This document shows, piece after piece, positions 38,286-48,196 of a stretch of 64,000 bases of DNA; the first letter of the stretch is position 1, and each line of letters starts with the position of its first letter. Source of the DNA: an uncultured virus (IMG/VR IMGVR_UViG_3300035093_000027) (taxonomy: Duplodnaviria > Heunggongvirae > Uroviricota > Caudoviricetes); IMG/VR virus record IMGVR_UViG_3300035093_000027; one strand, given 5' to 3'. Made by a program: the position numbers and the translations under genes. A model generated the notes under the pieces. The model was not told where the DNA came from. It ran no database searches and saw only the letters and a program-made list of their open reading frames with translations.

Positions 38286-39296
38286 CGGGACGTCGGCGCC
38301 GAGCGGCTCGCCGAAGTCGCGCGCGCTGACGGGCTCGTCCGGATCGATCCCGGCGCGGCGCGCCTGCGGCCGGAACCGTTCGACGGCGCTGGGCTTGGGC
38401 ACCACGTCGCCGGTCGCGATGGCGGCGTGGACCGTTGCCCACGTCGGGCGCACGCCGAGGCTGTGCTGCTTGCGCGCGGCGATCCGCGCTCGCTCAAGGT
38501 ACGTGTCGGTCGCCTCGACCTCGCGGCAGAGGATCTCCGGCGGGGCCTTGGGATCCCACAGGTACACGAACAGCGCCGAGTTCTGGCCGAAGAGGCCGTA
38601 GCCCTGCCAGCGCTGTGAGTCGCGGTAGTGCGGGTTGCCGCCGCGCTGGAGGCTCACGCCGGCGATGATGTCGCGCGCAGCGCCCTTGCGGCGCTCGAGC
38701 ACGTGCCCGTGGCCGTAACGCTTCGCCTTGAGCGCGTAGGTGCTGCGGTTCGCTCGCAGGTCGCCGTTGAGCCGGTGGGTCTTCCACGGGCGCCACGTCG
38801 ACTCGCGTTGCGCCACGGCCCCCATGAAGGCGCCGAGCGTCCTTGCGTTGCACCCGGCGCCGCGGCAGACGTGCTCGACCACCGCCTCGAGGCGAGCTCG
38901 CCGCCAGCGCTGCTCGGCACGGCGCGGCCACGCCGAGGCGCACACGCGCTCGCGCTCGGCCTTGGGCAGCTTGCGGTTGCGCTTGGCTGCCCACCAGGGC
39001 TCGACGCACGCCTGCGGCTTGCCGTCGGGCGCGGGCCGGCAGTCCTTCGCCGAGCGGCACGGCGCGGGCTCGACGGCCTCGCACCAGCGATCGTAGCCGG
39101 CGTAGGGTTCGAGCCGCGGCGCCTTCGGACGTACTGTCCGAACCGGCGGAGACTCGGGCTTCGGTAGTGATAGCTCGATCGGGACGGTCCACCGAACGAG
39201 TTGGGGCGACGACGACGCGAACGCGACGCGGATCAGAAGGGACATCGCGAGGCAGAGCACCGCGACGACGACGAGGGTTCGTCTTGAACTCGACAT
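38220..39296 (-). CDS. Secreted protein, possible lysozyme-like fold
   Basis: Signal peptide (..VAFA), Cys cluster, AQRESTWRP...GYGLFGQ. Confidence 0.5.
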   Translation of the reverse strand: MSSSRRTLVVVAVLCLAMSLLIRVAFASSSPQLVRWTVPIELSLPKPESPPVRTVRPKAPRLEPYAGYDRWCEAVEPAPCRSAKDCRPAPDGKPQACVEPWWAAKRNRKLPKAERERVCASAWPRRAEQRWRRARLEAVVEHVCRGAGCNARTLGAFMGAVAQRESTWRPWKTHRLNGDLRANRSTYALKAKRYGHGHVLERRKGAARDIIAGVSLQRGGNPHYRDSQRWQGYGLFGQNSALFVYLWDPKAPPEILCREVEATDTYLERARIAARKQHSLGVRPTWATVHAAIATGDVVPKPSAVERFRPQARRAGIDPDEPVSARDFGEPLGADVPSRRLAAEILRTRIDGRFGAGS

Positions 39297-39362
39297 CGCC
39301 GCGACCCTACCGCGCTGCGCCGCGTCGCACGACGGCTTCGCTCACGTTCGATGGTGTTCGAG

Positions 39363-39543
39363 GACGGACGCGCAACGCCGTGAAGCTCCGCACGAGACCA
39401 CCCCGTCCGAAAGCACGCGCACGTCCGTCGACTGCAGTGTATCCCAGCGCGCGAAACGACGGACGCGCACGCCTTATGCCACAACCAACGAGACCATCTC
39501 GAGGAAGGAAACGCGCACGCCCGTCGCTCCGAGTGTATCGCAG
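39363..39543 (-). repeat. Diverged 95-bp-period non-coding tandem repeat (candidate twin sRNAs)
   Basis: Blocks GACGGACGCGCA, ACGAGACCA, ACGCGCACG.CCGTCG, AGTGTATC.CAG each occur twice in order. Confidence 0.7.
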
Positions 39544-39562
39544 GACCCAGTGCAACGAAATG

Positions 39563-39838
39563 CTACGCGCCTTCGCCGTACTTCGTGTGCTCGGATCCGG
39601 GCGTCAGCTTGACCATCGCGTCGCCTTGGCGGTTCCACCCGCCGCGCCCGTCGTTGTTGTAGTCACCGGGCCAACGCCAACTGATCTTGCCCATCATGCG
39701 CTCCATCCGGCACGGTGCTTGCTGCTCGGGCGGTGACGCGGAGCAGATCTCCGTCACTTCCGGCGGCGGATCGTCGTAGGCCTGGAGTTCTTCGATCTCG
39801 CGCCCGCACGCGTCGCAGCGGTAGTCGTACAGCGGCAT
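39563..39838 (-). CDS. FmdB family zinc-ribbon protein
   Basis: MPLYDYRCDACGREIEELQ. Confidence 0.85.
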   Translation of the reverse strand: MPLYDYRCDACGREIEELQAYDDPPPEVTEICSASPPEQQAPCRMERMMGKISWRWPGDYNNDGRGGWNRQGDAMVKLTPGSEHTKYGEGA

Positions 39839-40206
39839 CGACGCGCATCGTACTGCACGCCCAAGATCTTGGGGTCCATAAACGAACCGCCACGACCGGT
39901 AGGGTCGTGGCGGCTCCCCTGGACTCTCTGCTCGCGCCGAACTGCTCGGGCTGGCGGCTCCAGCCTAGCGACTTCGAGCGCGCCGCGCAACGGCACGTGA
40001 CACGCGGCGATCTTGACGGCCACAGGGTCGCGGCGTTACCACGGCGATCCCCATGACTCTCACCGCCGCGCCGAGGTGCCGATGGATGCGCTCGATCCGA
40101 TCGAGTTGCGCTCCGTTCTCGATGTAGTCGCGCCTTCGCTGCGTGGTCGTGCTGGTTGCTGCCCCTTCGGGCATGCGGCCGGAGTCACCGTGCCGTGGAG
40201 GTCGTC

Positions 40207-41259
40207 ATGACGTCGAAGTTCGAGCGAGATCTTCTTCACAACGCCGAATCCTTGATCGCTGTCGGGGCGGAAGCTGAACGACGAGCTGGTCGAAGCCACG
40301 GCCTGGGGTACGGGGAAGGATCTGGCGACATCAGGTTCGCTCACCTGCTTCTGCAGGCGATGATCCGCCACGCTGGCCTTGAGGATATCGCCGAGTCCAT
40401 CTTGGATGACAACGGCGCCGGAGAACTTGCCTACGCGCTCATGCGATGGTTCAAGAGCGGGTGTCCGAGGTTTCGGTTGAGCCATGGGCTTGCGACCCAA
40501 CTAGCGCTAACGGATCCCGTCGGTGTCCCGCGGTGCGAAGCTAGACAGCCGTTCCATTCCTACGTGATCGAGTTGCCGAGTCCGAACGGCCCGATCACGT
40601 GGCCTCCTGAGCAGAACGCGCACGGCGTGGATCCTGCTTACATCTTCGTGACGACCGGCACCTACGCGCACCATCCCAACGACGTGTTTCCTGGGGGTAG
40701 CAGCATCGCCGATCCGAAGATGCTCGATCATCTGGCGTCGATGCGTGGAGGCACCATCGTATCTCCTCGCATGAGCGTGGTGTTGTTCAACTGGCACCCC
40801 CATGTGTTGGCCCATGACACGCACTTCATGTCGTCCGAGTTGATCGAGATCGACAACAAAGCTGTAGATGACGGTGTTGAGCACGATGAGACCCACGTGG
40901 TCATGGCGGTGCGTATAGCGTACAACCTCGCGCTCCATCTGAAGCATCGACCATCCTCCGCTTCGACCTCAGGCAAGACGGTGAATCATGATCACGGTCT
41001 TCAGTCGTTGCTGTACGAGCTTGGCGCCGACGTCTCTATCGATCGGGATCTGCGTGATGCTGCTCGGATCGCGAGTTCTTCGGGATCCGATCCGCAACGG
41101 TGGATTCTTCAGAAACGGTTTATCGTGCGTGGGCACTGGAAGCAACAAGCCCATGGTCCGGGTCGAACGGAGCGCAAGCTCATCTTCGTAGAGCCGTACT
41201 GGAAGGGCCCCGCTGACTCGCCTGTCTTGGCACGTGCGTACGTCGACAAGAGGGCGTGA
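40207..41259 (+). CDS. Phage hypothetical protein
   Basis: GGAGG RBS; C-terminal VRGHWKQQAHGPGR..RKLIFVEPYWKGP motif typical of phage proteins. Confidence 0.65.
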   Translation: MTSKFERDLLHNAESLIAVGAEAERRAGRSHGLGYGEGSGDIRFAHLLLQAMIRHAGLEDIAESILDDNGAGELAYALMRWFKSGCPRFRLSHGLATQLALTDPVGVPRCEARQPFHSYVIELPSPNGPITWPPEQNAHGVDPAYIFVTTGTYAHHPNDVFPGGSSIADPKMLDHLASMRGGTIVSPRMSVVLFNWHPHVLAHDTHFMSSELIEIDNKAVDDGVEHDETHVVMAVRIAYNLALHLKHRPSSASTSGKTVNHDHGLQSLLYELGADVSIDRDLRDAARIASSSGSDPQRWILQKRFIVRGHWKQQAHGPGRTERKLIFVEPYWKGPADSPVLARAYVDKRA

Positions 41260-42242
41260 TGGACATCCTCGAGTACGTGCGGCTGAAGACGCCACCGGAC
41301 GCTGCTGCGGCGTTTCGTGATGGCAAGTACGTCCACGGATGGCTCGCGACCTACTGTCCGCGGTGTGATCCGGACGCTCGTAAGCGCGGAAGGCTGACGC
41401 TGCGCGCTGGGATCCTGACAGCGGGTCCACGCAAGGGCCAACCATGGTGGGGGTGCATGCGCTGCCACTACGAGAAGGATGTCGCACAGGATCGGCGCAC
41501 CGCTTCGATCGAGTGGGAGGTGAACCGCACCAAGCTCGCGGCCGACGAGCAGAGGATCAAGGCGTACGCGCTCGAGATCGTCGAGGCTGCGATGTTCGTG
41601 CGCGACCGCGATCCGATCGACGACTACCTGCGGCTAACACGTCTGCTGGAACCACTTGGTACATGTTGGTCGACCGCGCTTCGTGTCGCGCACCGACGCC
41701 ATACCAAGCACCCTGCGACCAAGCAAGCCGGGTTGCCGGTGATGCTGGGCGTCGTCAGCGGAGGTGATGGCCGGCCGATCGCGGCGCACCGCACGTTTCT
41801 GTTCGAGTTGCCCACCGGACGCGTGGTGAAGGTCAGCGATCCGAACGTGCCGCGGAAGTTCAGGCATCCGAACGCGAAGTACTCACTGGGCCCGGTCTCC
41901 GGCGGTGCGGTCAGGATGGGCATCGACTCGGAGGAGATCTGCGTCGCTGAGGGCATCGAGAGTGCCTTGGGACTTGCGATGGCGGTGCGCCTGCCGTGCT
42001 GGTCTGCGCTCAGCGCAGGCAACCTCGAGAACCTGGCCGTGCCGGCGAACGTTCGGCGCATCGTCATCGGTGTCGACATCGACAAGCCCGACCGCAACGG
42101 ACGCATGGCCGGCATGCAGTCGAGCCTAGCGTTCAAGGAACGGATCACCGAAGAAAACATCCGAAAGAACAGAGCGATCGACATCGAGCTCAAGCTTCCA
42201 CCCGCCAACGCATCTGACTGGGCGGAAGCCCACACGCGCTGA
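41256..42242 (+). CDS. Zn-finger + Toprim primase
   Basis: CPRC..CMRC, AAHRTFL, GGAVR, VAEGIESAL, IGVDID. Confidence 0.85.
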   Translation: MMDILEYVRLKTPPDAAAAFRDGKYVHGWLATYCPRCDPDARKRGRLTLRAGILTAGPRKGQPWWGCMRCHYEKDVAQDRRTASIEWEVNRTKLAADEQRIKAYALEIVEAAMFVRDRDPIDDYLRLTRLLEPLGTCWSTALRVAHRRHTKHPATKQAGLPVMLGVVSGGDGRPIAAHRTFLFELPTGRVVKVSDPNVPRKFRHPNAKYSLGPVSGGAVRMGIDSEEICVAEGIESALGLAMAVRLPCWSALSAGNLENLAVPANVRRIVIGVDIDKPDRNGRMAGMQSSLAFKERITEENIRKNRAIDIELKLPPANASDWAEAHTR

Positions 42243-42245
42243 TCC

Positions 42246-44327
42246 ATGTCGAGCGACGACTTCTCCGCGCATCTCGCATCGCTTCTGTCGAGCGACAAGG
42301 GTGCAGGATTTCGTCCCGAGATCTTCCAGCGCTTGGTGATGATCTTCACCGACGACTCCCTCGCCGCCGAGTGGATCCGCGTGAAGGCGGTGCTCAAGTC
42401 GCAGAACGTCCTGCAGGACTACCTCAAGCCGCTGAAGGCGAAGGCGCACCAGCTCAAGGGCGTCACCCAGCTTCGCAACACCGAGCTACGTGGAGATCGA
42501 ACGGTGAAGGACGCATGGGGTCAGGACACACCGGTGTCGTCGGAGGCCGTGCCTCCTGAAGGATGGGTGTTCGACAACTTGAAGACCGCGATCTACCGCC
42601 TCGAGCAGAAGATCGTCGAAGGTCAGTCGACCACGCGAAAGATCCCTGTGTCGTACGACCCGGTCGTCATCACCAAGAGCATGCAGCAGACGGAGACCGG
42701 CGTCATCTACGTCGAGCTCGCCTGGAAGACCGAGTCGAAGTGGCACAACTACGTGTTCGAGCGCGACCAGGTGTTCAACTCGCGCAAGATCGTCGAGTGC
42801 GCCAAGTACGGTGCTCCGGTCGGCAGCGACAACGCAGCGGAGATGGTGCAGTACCTTCGCTCCTACGAGACCGAGAACCGCCCATGCATCGCGGTCGGCT
42901 TCGCGCAGTCACGCATGGGGTGGCTTGGTGATGACGACGAGCTTGGGCACCACGGTTTCCTCGTCGGCGACCGTCAGATCGGCAAGAACGGAAAGCAGGT
43001 CGACTACCTCGGCGAGGCTGCGAGCGAGTTCAAGGCGGGAGGCACACTCGAAGGATGGAAGGCGGCAGTCGCGAGGCTCCACGAGTTCCCATCGATGCGT
43101 GTGGCCATCTGTGCTTCGCTCTGTGCGCCGCTTCTCGGCATCGTGTCTGCCCCGAACCCCATCATCGAGTTCGTCGCCGAGACCAGCACGGGCAAGTCGG
43201 AGTGCTTGAAGGTAGCGACATCGTGCTGGCGCAGCGTGAAGCCGAAGCTTCCGCGGTGGAACTCGACCGCCAACGGAATCGAGACGCGCGCGAAGACGAT
43301 GAACGATCTTCCGCTCATCGTCGACGACACCGCCGACATCCCCGAGAGCAAGCGACGCGACCTGCTCGGACAGTCCGTCTACATGCTCGAGTCTGGGCAC
43401 ACCCGCACACGCGCCACCAAGACGCTCGGCCAGGCTCCAGCACAGCAGTGGCGGACGGCCGTGCTGTCGACGGGGGAGTACTCACTAACGGACTACGTGG
43501 GCACCGGAGGCGCAGCGGCTCGCGTGCTGTCGTTCTGGGGACCGCCGCTCGGTGCTTCGAGCGAGAAGACCGGAACGCTCATGCGCGAGGTGATCGGCGA
43601 CCTCATGGATCACTACGGCGTCGCGGGACCGCGCTTCGTCGAGTGGCTGTGCGAGAACCGCGAGCGCTGGGATGAGATTGCGAAGCAGTACCGTGGGTTG
43701 GTGTCCAAGCTCCGCAGCATCATGACGACGGGCGTTGCGATGCGCCTGGCAGAGACGATCGCTTTGCTCGAGCTGACGTCGCGTCTCGTGAACGAGGCGC
43801 TGGAGCTTGGGTGGTCCAGCTCGCTGATCGCCGATCCATACGTCACACGAGCTCTCGAGCGCGCGGTGAGCGAAGCACAGGTCACTTCGAACAAGGCGAG
43901 AGAGGCATGGGAGCACGTGGTGTCGTTCGCCGAATCGCGGCGTTCGCAGTGGGCTGTCTGGGGCGACACGCCCGGCCCGAAGGACGAGCCGCATGGTGGA
44001 TGGCTGGGATGGAAGCGCCTCGGAGATCCTGGTGAGGCGCCCGTGCAGAACGAGATGAGCGAGCCGTCGCGCGACCCGAACGAGCCGCGTATGACCCAGA
44101 TCCCGCTGGAAGGAGATCTGCTTGCGTGGCATCCATCACACCTGAAGCGTGTTCTTCAAGACGCCGGTTACATCCCGGAAGTCGTCATGAAGTCGTGGCG
44201 AGACCACGGCGTATTGGTCTCTGACAAGGACCGGCTGACGGCTGTCGCCAGGTGCTCAGGTGGCAGGAAGTCCCACCGTGTGCACCTTATCAAGGCTAAC
44301 AAAACTAAGTGGGATCCAGGTTTGTGA
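42246..44327 (+). CDS. DUF927 domain replicative helicase (Cch-like)
   Basis: RMGW, GTLEGWK, Walker A ETSTGKS, W..TANGIE, LIVDD, W..AVLSTGE. Confidence 0.85.
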   Translation: MSSDDFSAHLASLLSSDKGAGFRPEIFQRLVMIFTDDSLAAEWIRVKAVLKSQNVLQDYLKPLKAKAHQLKGVTQLRNTELRGDRTVKDAWGQDTPVSSEAVPPEGWVFDNLKTAIYRLEQKIVEGQSTTRKIPVSYDPVVITKSMQQTETGVIYVELAWKTESKWHNYVFERDQVFNSRKIVECAKYGAPVGSDNAAEMVQYLRSYETENRPCIAVGFAQSRMGWLGDDDELGHHGFLVGDRQIGKNGKQVDYLGEAASEFKAGGTLEGWKAAVARLHEFPSMRVAICASLCAPLLGIVSAPNPIIEFVAETSTGKSECLKVATSCWRSVKPKLPRWNSTANGIETRAKTMNDLPLIVDDTADIPESKRRDLLGQSVYMLESGHTRTRATKTLGQAPAQQWRTAVLSTGEYSLTDYVGTGGAAARVLSFWGPPLGASSEKTGTLMREVIGDLMDHYGVAGPRFVEWLCENRERWDEIAKQYRGLVSKLRSIMTTGVAMRLAETIALLELTSRLVNEALELGWSSSLIADPYVTRALERAVSEAQVTSNKAREAWEHVVSFAESRRSQWAVWGDTPGPKDEPHGGWLGWKRLGDPGEAPVQNEMSEPSRDPNEPRMTQIPLEGDLLAWHPSHLKRVLQDAGYIPEVVMKSWRDHGVLVSDKDRLTAVARCSGGRKSHRVHLIKANKTKWDPGL

Positions 44328-44332
44328 TGCAT

Positions 44333-44468
44333 GGCCACCGGTGGTTACCGGTGGCCACCGGTGGAAAAATCGATTTCCCTGTGAAAAATGGAGACAGCGC
44401 GCGTCCCCTGCCCCTGACGAGAGATCGAGTTTTTTTGACCGGTAACCACCGGTGGCCACCGGTAACCA
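44333..44468. repeat. Candidate replication origin: two inverted triads of ACCGGT flanking A/T runs
   Basis: ACCGGT at 44337/44347/44357 and 44438/44448/44458. Confidence 0.65.
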
Positions 44469-44496
44469 CTTTTCCTGATCTAGACGGATCCACCAT

Positions 44497-44721
44497 ATGA
44501 GCGAAAAACCTTTGACGCTCATCCGGATCTCCGCTCCAGGCTTCGTCGCCGGCGCCGAGATCGACCTCGAGACGGACACGATCGTCCGCATAGCGCCTCT
44601 GCTGCGCTGGCACCTGCGTCGCCGTGGGCTGTGGGTGCCCGAGTCGCTCGGACGAGCGCGCGTCTCAGGCCTTCGTCAGCTCGTGCGGGCGACGAAGTGG
44701 AAGGCCGAGGTGGTGCCGTGA
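44497..44721 (+). CDS. Small hypothetical protein
   Basis: LIRISAPGFVAG..APLLRW. Confidence 0.55.
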   Translation: MSEKPLTLIRISAPGFVAGAEIDLETDTIVRIAPLLRWHLRRRGLWVPESLGRARVSGLRQLVRATKWKAEVVP

Positions 44722-44736
44722 AGATCCGCGGCGTCG

Positions 44737-46464
44737 TCAGCCCGTCGCGGAGGCGGGCGCCCGAGGCCGCGGCGGGACGCGCTTGCGCTCGGTGGCCGCG
44801 CGTCCGAGATCCATGAGGGCTCGGGTCTGATCGGGGCGGAGGATCTGCATGATGCCGGTCACGGTCGTGACGTCCTTGCGAAGCATCGTCTCGAGCCGAG
44901 TGGAGAGCGCCCGCGCGTTGCTCTCGGTCTGCGCGACGGTGATCTTCTCGAAGGTCTCCCACACGCCCTCGGGGAGCGCCCGCAGCAGTTCCTTGGACTG
45001 CTCTTCGTCGATGGTCTCGAGCAGAGCTCGGGCGCCATCACGCGTCGGTGACGGATTCGCGTAGGCCGGCTGTGCTCGCGGTGTCTCGGTCGCGTCCGTG
45101 TCGACGACGCGTCCTGCGAGGTTCTCGTCGGATTCGTCCTCGTCGTCCTCGTCCTCGTCCTCGTCGACCTCCGCTCGAGACTGGGCGGTCATCGTGTTCG
45201 CCATGTCCCTGAACATCTCGTACAGATCGGTGTTGCCGCGCTTCTTCTGGATGTTGGCCATGAATCCGAGCGCCATCGGGATCGCTTTGCCGGCGATGCC
45301 GCCCAAGAGGCCAGGCCACTGCGACGGTTCGACCTCGACGTTGCGCTCGGCGTTCGCGAGGCGTTCGTCGAACAGAGCTCGCTCGTAGCGCATGAGCGTC
45401 GACGCCATCGTCGCCTCCTGCTCCATGGAGTGGCGGAACGCCTTCCAACTGTGCGCGGCGATCTTCTGGTAGTTCTCGTGCTGCTCGCGGTTGAGCGACG
45501 TGATCTCGATGAGCTGTGCGCCGAGATCCGCGGCGAGACGCTGAGCGGTGTCCCGCTGCTCACGCGACTCGCTGATCATCATCGATGCCATCCGCCGCAT
45601 CTCGCGTGCTCCGCTCGTGAACTCGCGACGCATGAGTCGGCGATCGCGTCGTTGCTGACGAGCCTGGTCCGCCCAGATCCGGGCGACGTTGGCGGTCTGC
45701 CGCTCGATCACCTGCAGGACGAACATCGCGTTCATCTGCAGCGGCACGCCGCCGGACAGATCGGGTTGCAACCCCATGCTCTGCGCCTGCGCGACGACCG
45801 GATGGATCTGCACGGGCTGCTCGATGGGTCCCATCAGCGAGCGGTCGACGTACGCGTCAGCAGCGTCACGCGGCCTGGGCAGCGCGCGTGGACGCGGACG
45901 TGACGCGCGCTCGACCGGTTCGTCGTCATAGTCGGCCTCGGCCTCAGGGTCGTCGTTGTCGTCGTCCTCGCCCTCGTCCTCCGCCTCCTCCTCGTCGACG
46001 TCGCCATCATCGTCGTCCTCGTCGTCCTCTTCTAAGTCGTCCTCGTCGTCATCGCCATCGGACAGACGCGACGGATCGACGGTGAATCGCACCTGCTTCT
46101 CCTGCGACTTGCCGCCGTCCTCCACCCACTGAAGGTCGATCCGGAAGTTGACGAGGTGATCGCGATCGCGAGCGAACGACTCCGCGAACTCGTTGACGAG
46201 CGCAGCGATCGTGCGCGCCGACAACGACGGGCGACGATCATCACCGAGCGCGAACGATAGACGTTGGAAGGTCCCGACCTGATCACCCTTAGCGTCTCGG
46301 ACATTGCGCGCCACGACGGCGACGCGACGAAGCCCGACGTGGACGAGCTTCACTGCCCGCTCGAGATTCGCCGGCGGTTCTCGACGGTCGAGCGCCTCGA
46401 TCGGAGGGAGCTTCCGCGGCGGAGAGCACTTGACGTCGGCGTAGGGATCGGCCTTGGGTGGCAT
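44737..46464 (-). CDS. Large hypothetical protein with acidic tracts, coiled coil and amphipathic/TM helix
   Basis: 575 aa ORF with host-like codon pattern; TACGAT box 8 nt before ATG. Confidence 0.7.
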   Translation of the reverse strand: MPPKADPYADVKCSPPRKLPPIEALDRREPPANLERAVKLVHVGLRRVAVVARNVRDAKGDQVGTFQRLSFALGDDRRPSLSARTIAALVNEFAESFARDRDHLVNFRIDLQWVEDGGKSQEKQVRFTVDPSRLSDGDDDEDDLEEDDEDDDDGDVDEEEAEDEGEDDDNDDPEAEADYDDEPVERASRPRPRALPRPRDAADAYVDRSLMGPIEQPVQIHPVVAQAQSMGLQPDLSGGVPLQMNAMFVLQVIERQTANVARIWADQARQQRRDRRLMRREFTSGAREMRRMASMMISESREQRDTAQRLAADLGAQLIEITSLNREQHENYQKIAAHSWKAFRHSMEQEATMASTLMRYERALFDERLANAERNVEVEPSQWPGLLGGIAGKAIPMALGFMANIQKKRGNTDLYEMFRDMANTMTAQSRAEVDEDEDEDDEDESDENLAGRVVDTDATETPRAQPAYANPSPTRDGARALLETIDEEQSKELLRALPEGVWETFEKITVAQTESNARALSTRLETMLRKDVTTVTGIMQILRPDQTRALMDLGRAATERKRVPPRPRAPASATG

Positions 46465-46486
46465 CGAGTCGCATCGTAACGCCAAT

Positions 46487-46526
46487 CCACTTGACTTTGC
46501 TTGATACCACTTGACTTCGCTTGACT
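46487..46526 (+). promoter_or_regulatory. Four helically phased CTTGA(C/T) boxes between divergent genes
   Basis: TTGA at 46491, 46501, 46511, 46521. Confidence 0.65.
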
Positions 46527-46645
46527 GACGCCGCTCCTACACGCGCGCGAGGCCTTCTTTCGGACCCGCTTGACCGATGTCCACGATGCTGGTTGGGTCC
46601 CGGCGACATCGGCCGCCGCCGACCTTCACACGAGGATCCAAGACC

Positions 46646-47260
46646 ATGCCCAAGGCAATCGTCGCACGTCAGCGAGAGCAGAACCCCCGAGACGTCTACG
46701 ACGACGCTCACGACCTCGCCCGCACCAACCCCTCCGCGCTGGCGAAGAACGTCGCCAAGCTCGCCCGCCGCAAGAACCAGAGCGACGGCCAGGCTGACGC
46801 GATGGCCGCGGGAGCCCGCGAGTTGACCGGGGTGGCTGTCGGCACGCTTGCGACGCTCGGCGCCTCCATGATCGACGGCCGCGTCGAGGCGGATCGCGAC
46901 GCGATGCTCGCTGCGTGGATCGACGAGGGCAACGCTGCGTCCGAGGATTGCCCGGTGCCGTGGGAGCTCGAGGGCGTGAAGGATCCGGCGACGGCGTTCC
47001 TCGGCGTGCCGTGGCTCGCGTTGCCGCCGCTCGTCTTCGGTGGGCTCTACGGCCTGACGAAGATGATGCGGCCCAAGGTGGTCGGCGGTCGCAAGACCAT
47101 GCCGGGCTTCCTCGAGTCGATGATGTACTACAGCTCGCTGTTCACGCTCGCGTACGGCTTCGGCACGTACATCCGCGGACGGAGCTATTGCACTCGCGAG
47201 CGCGCGATCGGTCGGGGCGACGTCCAGATCTCGATCACGCCCAAGGCGGAGGCCGCCTAG
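46646..47260 (+). CDS. Putative virion membrane protein (NP motifs, about 3 hydrophobic helices)
   Basis: GAGGA RBS; EQNP, RTNP; first gene of right arm. Confidence 0.65.
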   Translation: MPKAIVARQREQNPRDVYDDAHDLARTNPSALAKNVAKLARRKNQSDGQADAMAAGARELTGVAVGTLATLGASMIDGRVEADRDAMLAAWIDEGNAASEDCPVPWELEGVKDPATAFLGVPWLALPPLVFGGLYGLTKMMRPKVVGGRKTMPGFLESMMYYSSLFTLAYGFGTYIRGRSYCTRERAIGRGDVQISITPKAEAA

Positions 47261-47407
47261 CGCGCACGGATTCCTAGCCCGGCGGAACGAGTCCCGCTCG
47301 ATCCCAACGCATTCCGCGGAGGGATCGTCAGCGGGGCAAAGGCCCGAGTCTTCACGACGAGGGAACCGCTCGATGAACCGGGGCCTGACCCAAAGAGGAG
47401 ACGACCC

Positions 47408-48157
47408 ATGTTCGGCAACTTCGGAAGAGGCAATGAGATCGCACTGGCGAAGCAGCGCATCGCGCAGCGTCGCCAGATCCCCGGTGGCGCGCACGCAGGC
47501 GCGATGGCCGGTGCTGCCCCGATGCAGCAGTACAACCAGCCGCAGTACCCGCAGCAGTACCAGGGCTACCCCCAGGTGCCGCAGGGCGCCCCGGACGGCT
47601 CGATGGCCGGCTGCGGCATCATGGACAACTGCGCGGGCCCGGTGGCCACGCCCTTCATGGGCATGCAGCAGCCCACGGGTCCGTGGATGCAGAACCAGGC
47701 CTTGCTCGGCCTTGTGGCGACGCCGGCGACCCTCGGGTCGTTCACGCTCAGCGTCACGTGCGGCAACAAGTTCTTCTACGGGTGCGGCGCGCGCTCGTTC
47801 AACAGCCCGCTGCAGCTCCTGGTGACCTCGATCATCAGCGGCTTCAACGGCTACGAGCGCACGTGCGGACCCGATGCGGGCTTCGATGTCGCGTTCTGGA
47901 ACACGGACGACTGCTACTGCCCCTTCGACTGGGGCTGCTTCAGCAATCTCGCTCCGCTCACGATCACGTTCGACCCGCTCGACACCCTCTCGGTGTTGCC
48001 GACGCTCGACATGATCATCGTCGGCAAGGCGGTCAACTTCTTCAACGACTGCTGGCCGATGTTCCCCGGGACGCCTCCCGGCTACGGCGGCGGCGTCGCT
48101 GGCGGCCCGCCGATGGTGGTCGGTCAGCCCACCGGTGGTGGCAGCTCGATCTTCTGA
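47408..48157 (+). CDS. Candidate single-jelly-roll major capsid protein
   Basis: Strong GAGGAG RBS, own terminator, about 115 aa all-beta core (LLGLV..FTLSVT..LLVTSII..LTITFD..LDMIIVGKAV) between low-complexity arms. Confidence 0.5.
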   Translation: MFGNFGRGNEIALAKQRIAQRRQIPGGAHAGAMAGAAPMQQYNQPQYPQQYQGYPQVPQGAPDGSMAGCGIMDNCAGPVATPFMGMQQPTGPWMQNQALLGLVATPATLGSFTLSVTCGNKFFYGCGARSFNSPLQLLVTSIISGFNGYERTCGPDAGFDVAFWNTDDCYCPFDWGCFSNLAPLTITFDPLDTLSVLPTLDMIIVGKAVNFFNDCWPMFPGTPPGYGGGVAGGPPMVVGQPTGGGSSIF

Positions 48158-48196
48158 TCGCGTTCGCTCGTCCATCAGATCGTTGAACGACGAGGG

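Noticed and set aside
39363..39543. Possible mini-CRISPR array
   Set aside because: Only two diverged units, conserved blocks too short, no constant repeat-spacer pattern, no cas genes
47325..47390. Resemblance of GGCAAA-containing leader to a c-di-GMP riboswitch
   Set aside because: GNRA tetraloop/receptor and other consensus elements are not recognisable; kept only as a generic structured leader
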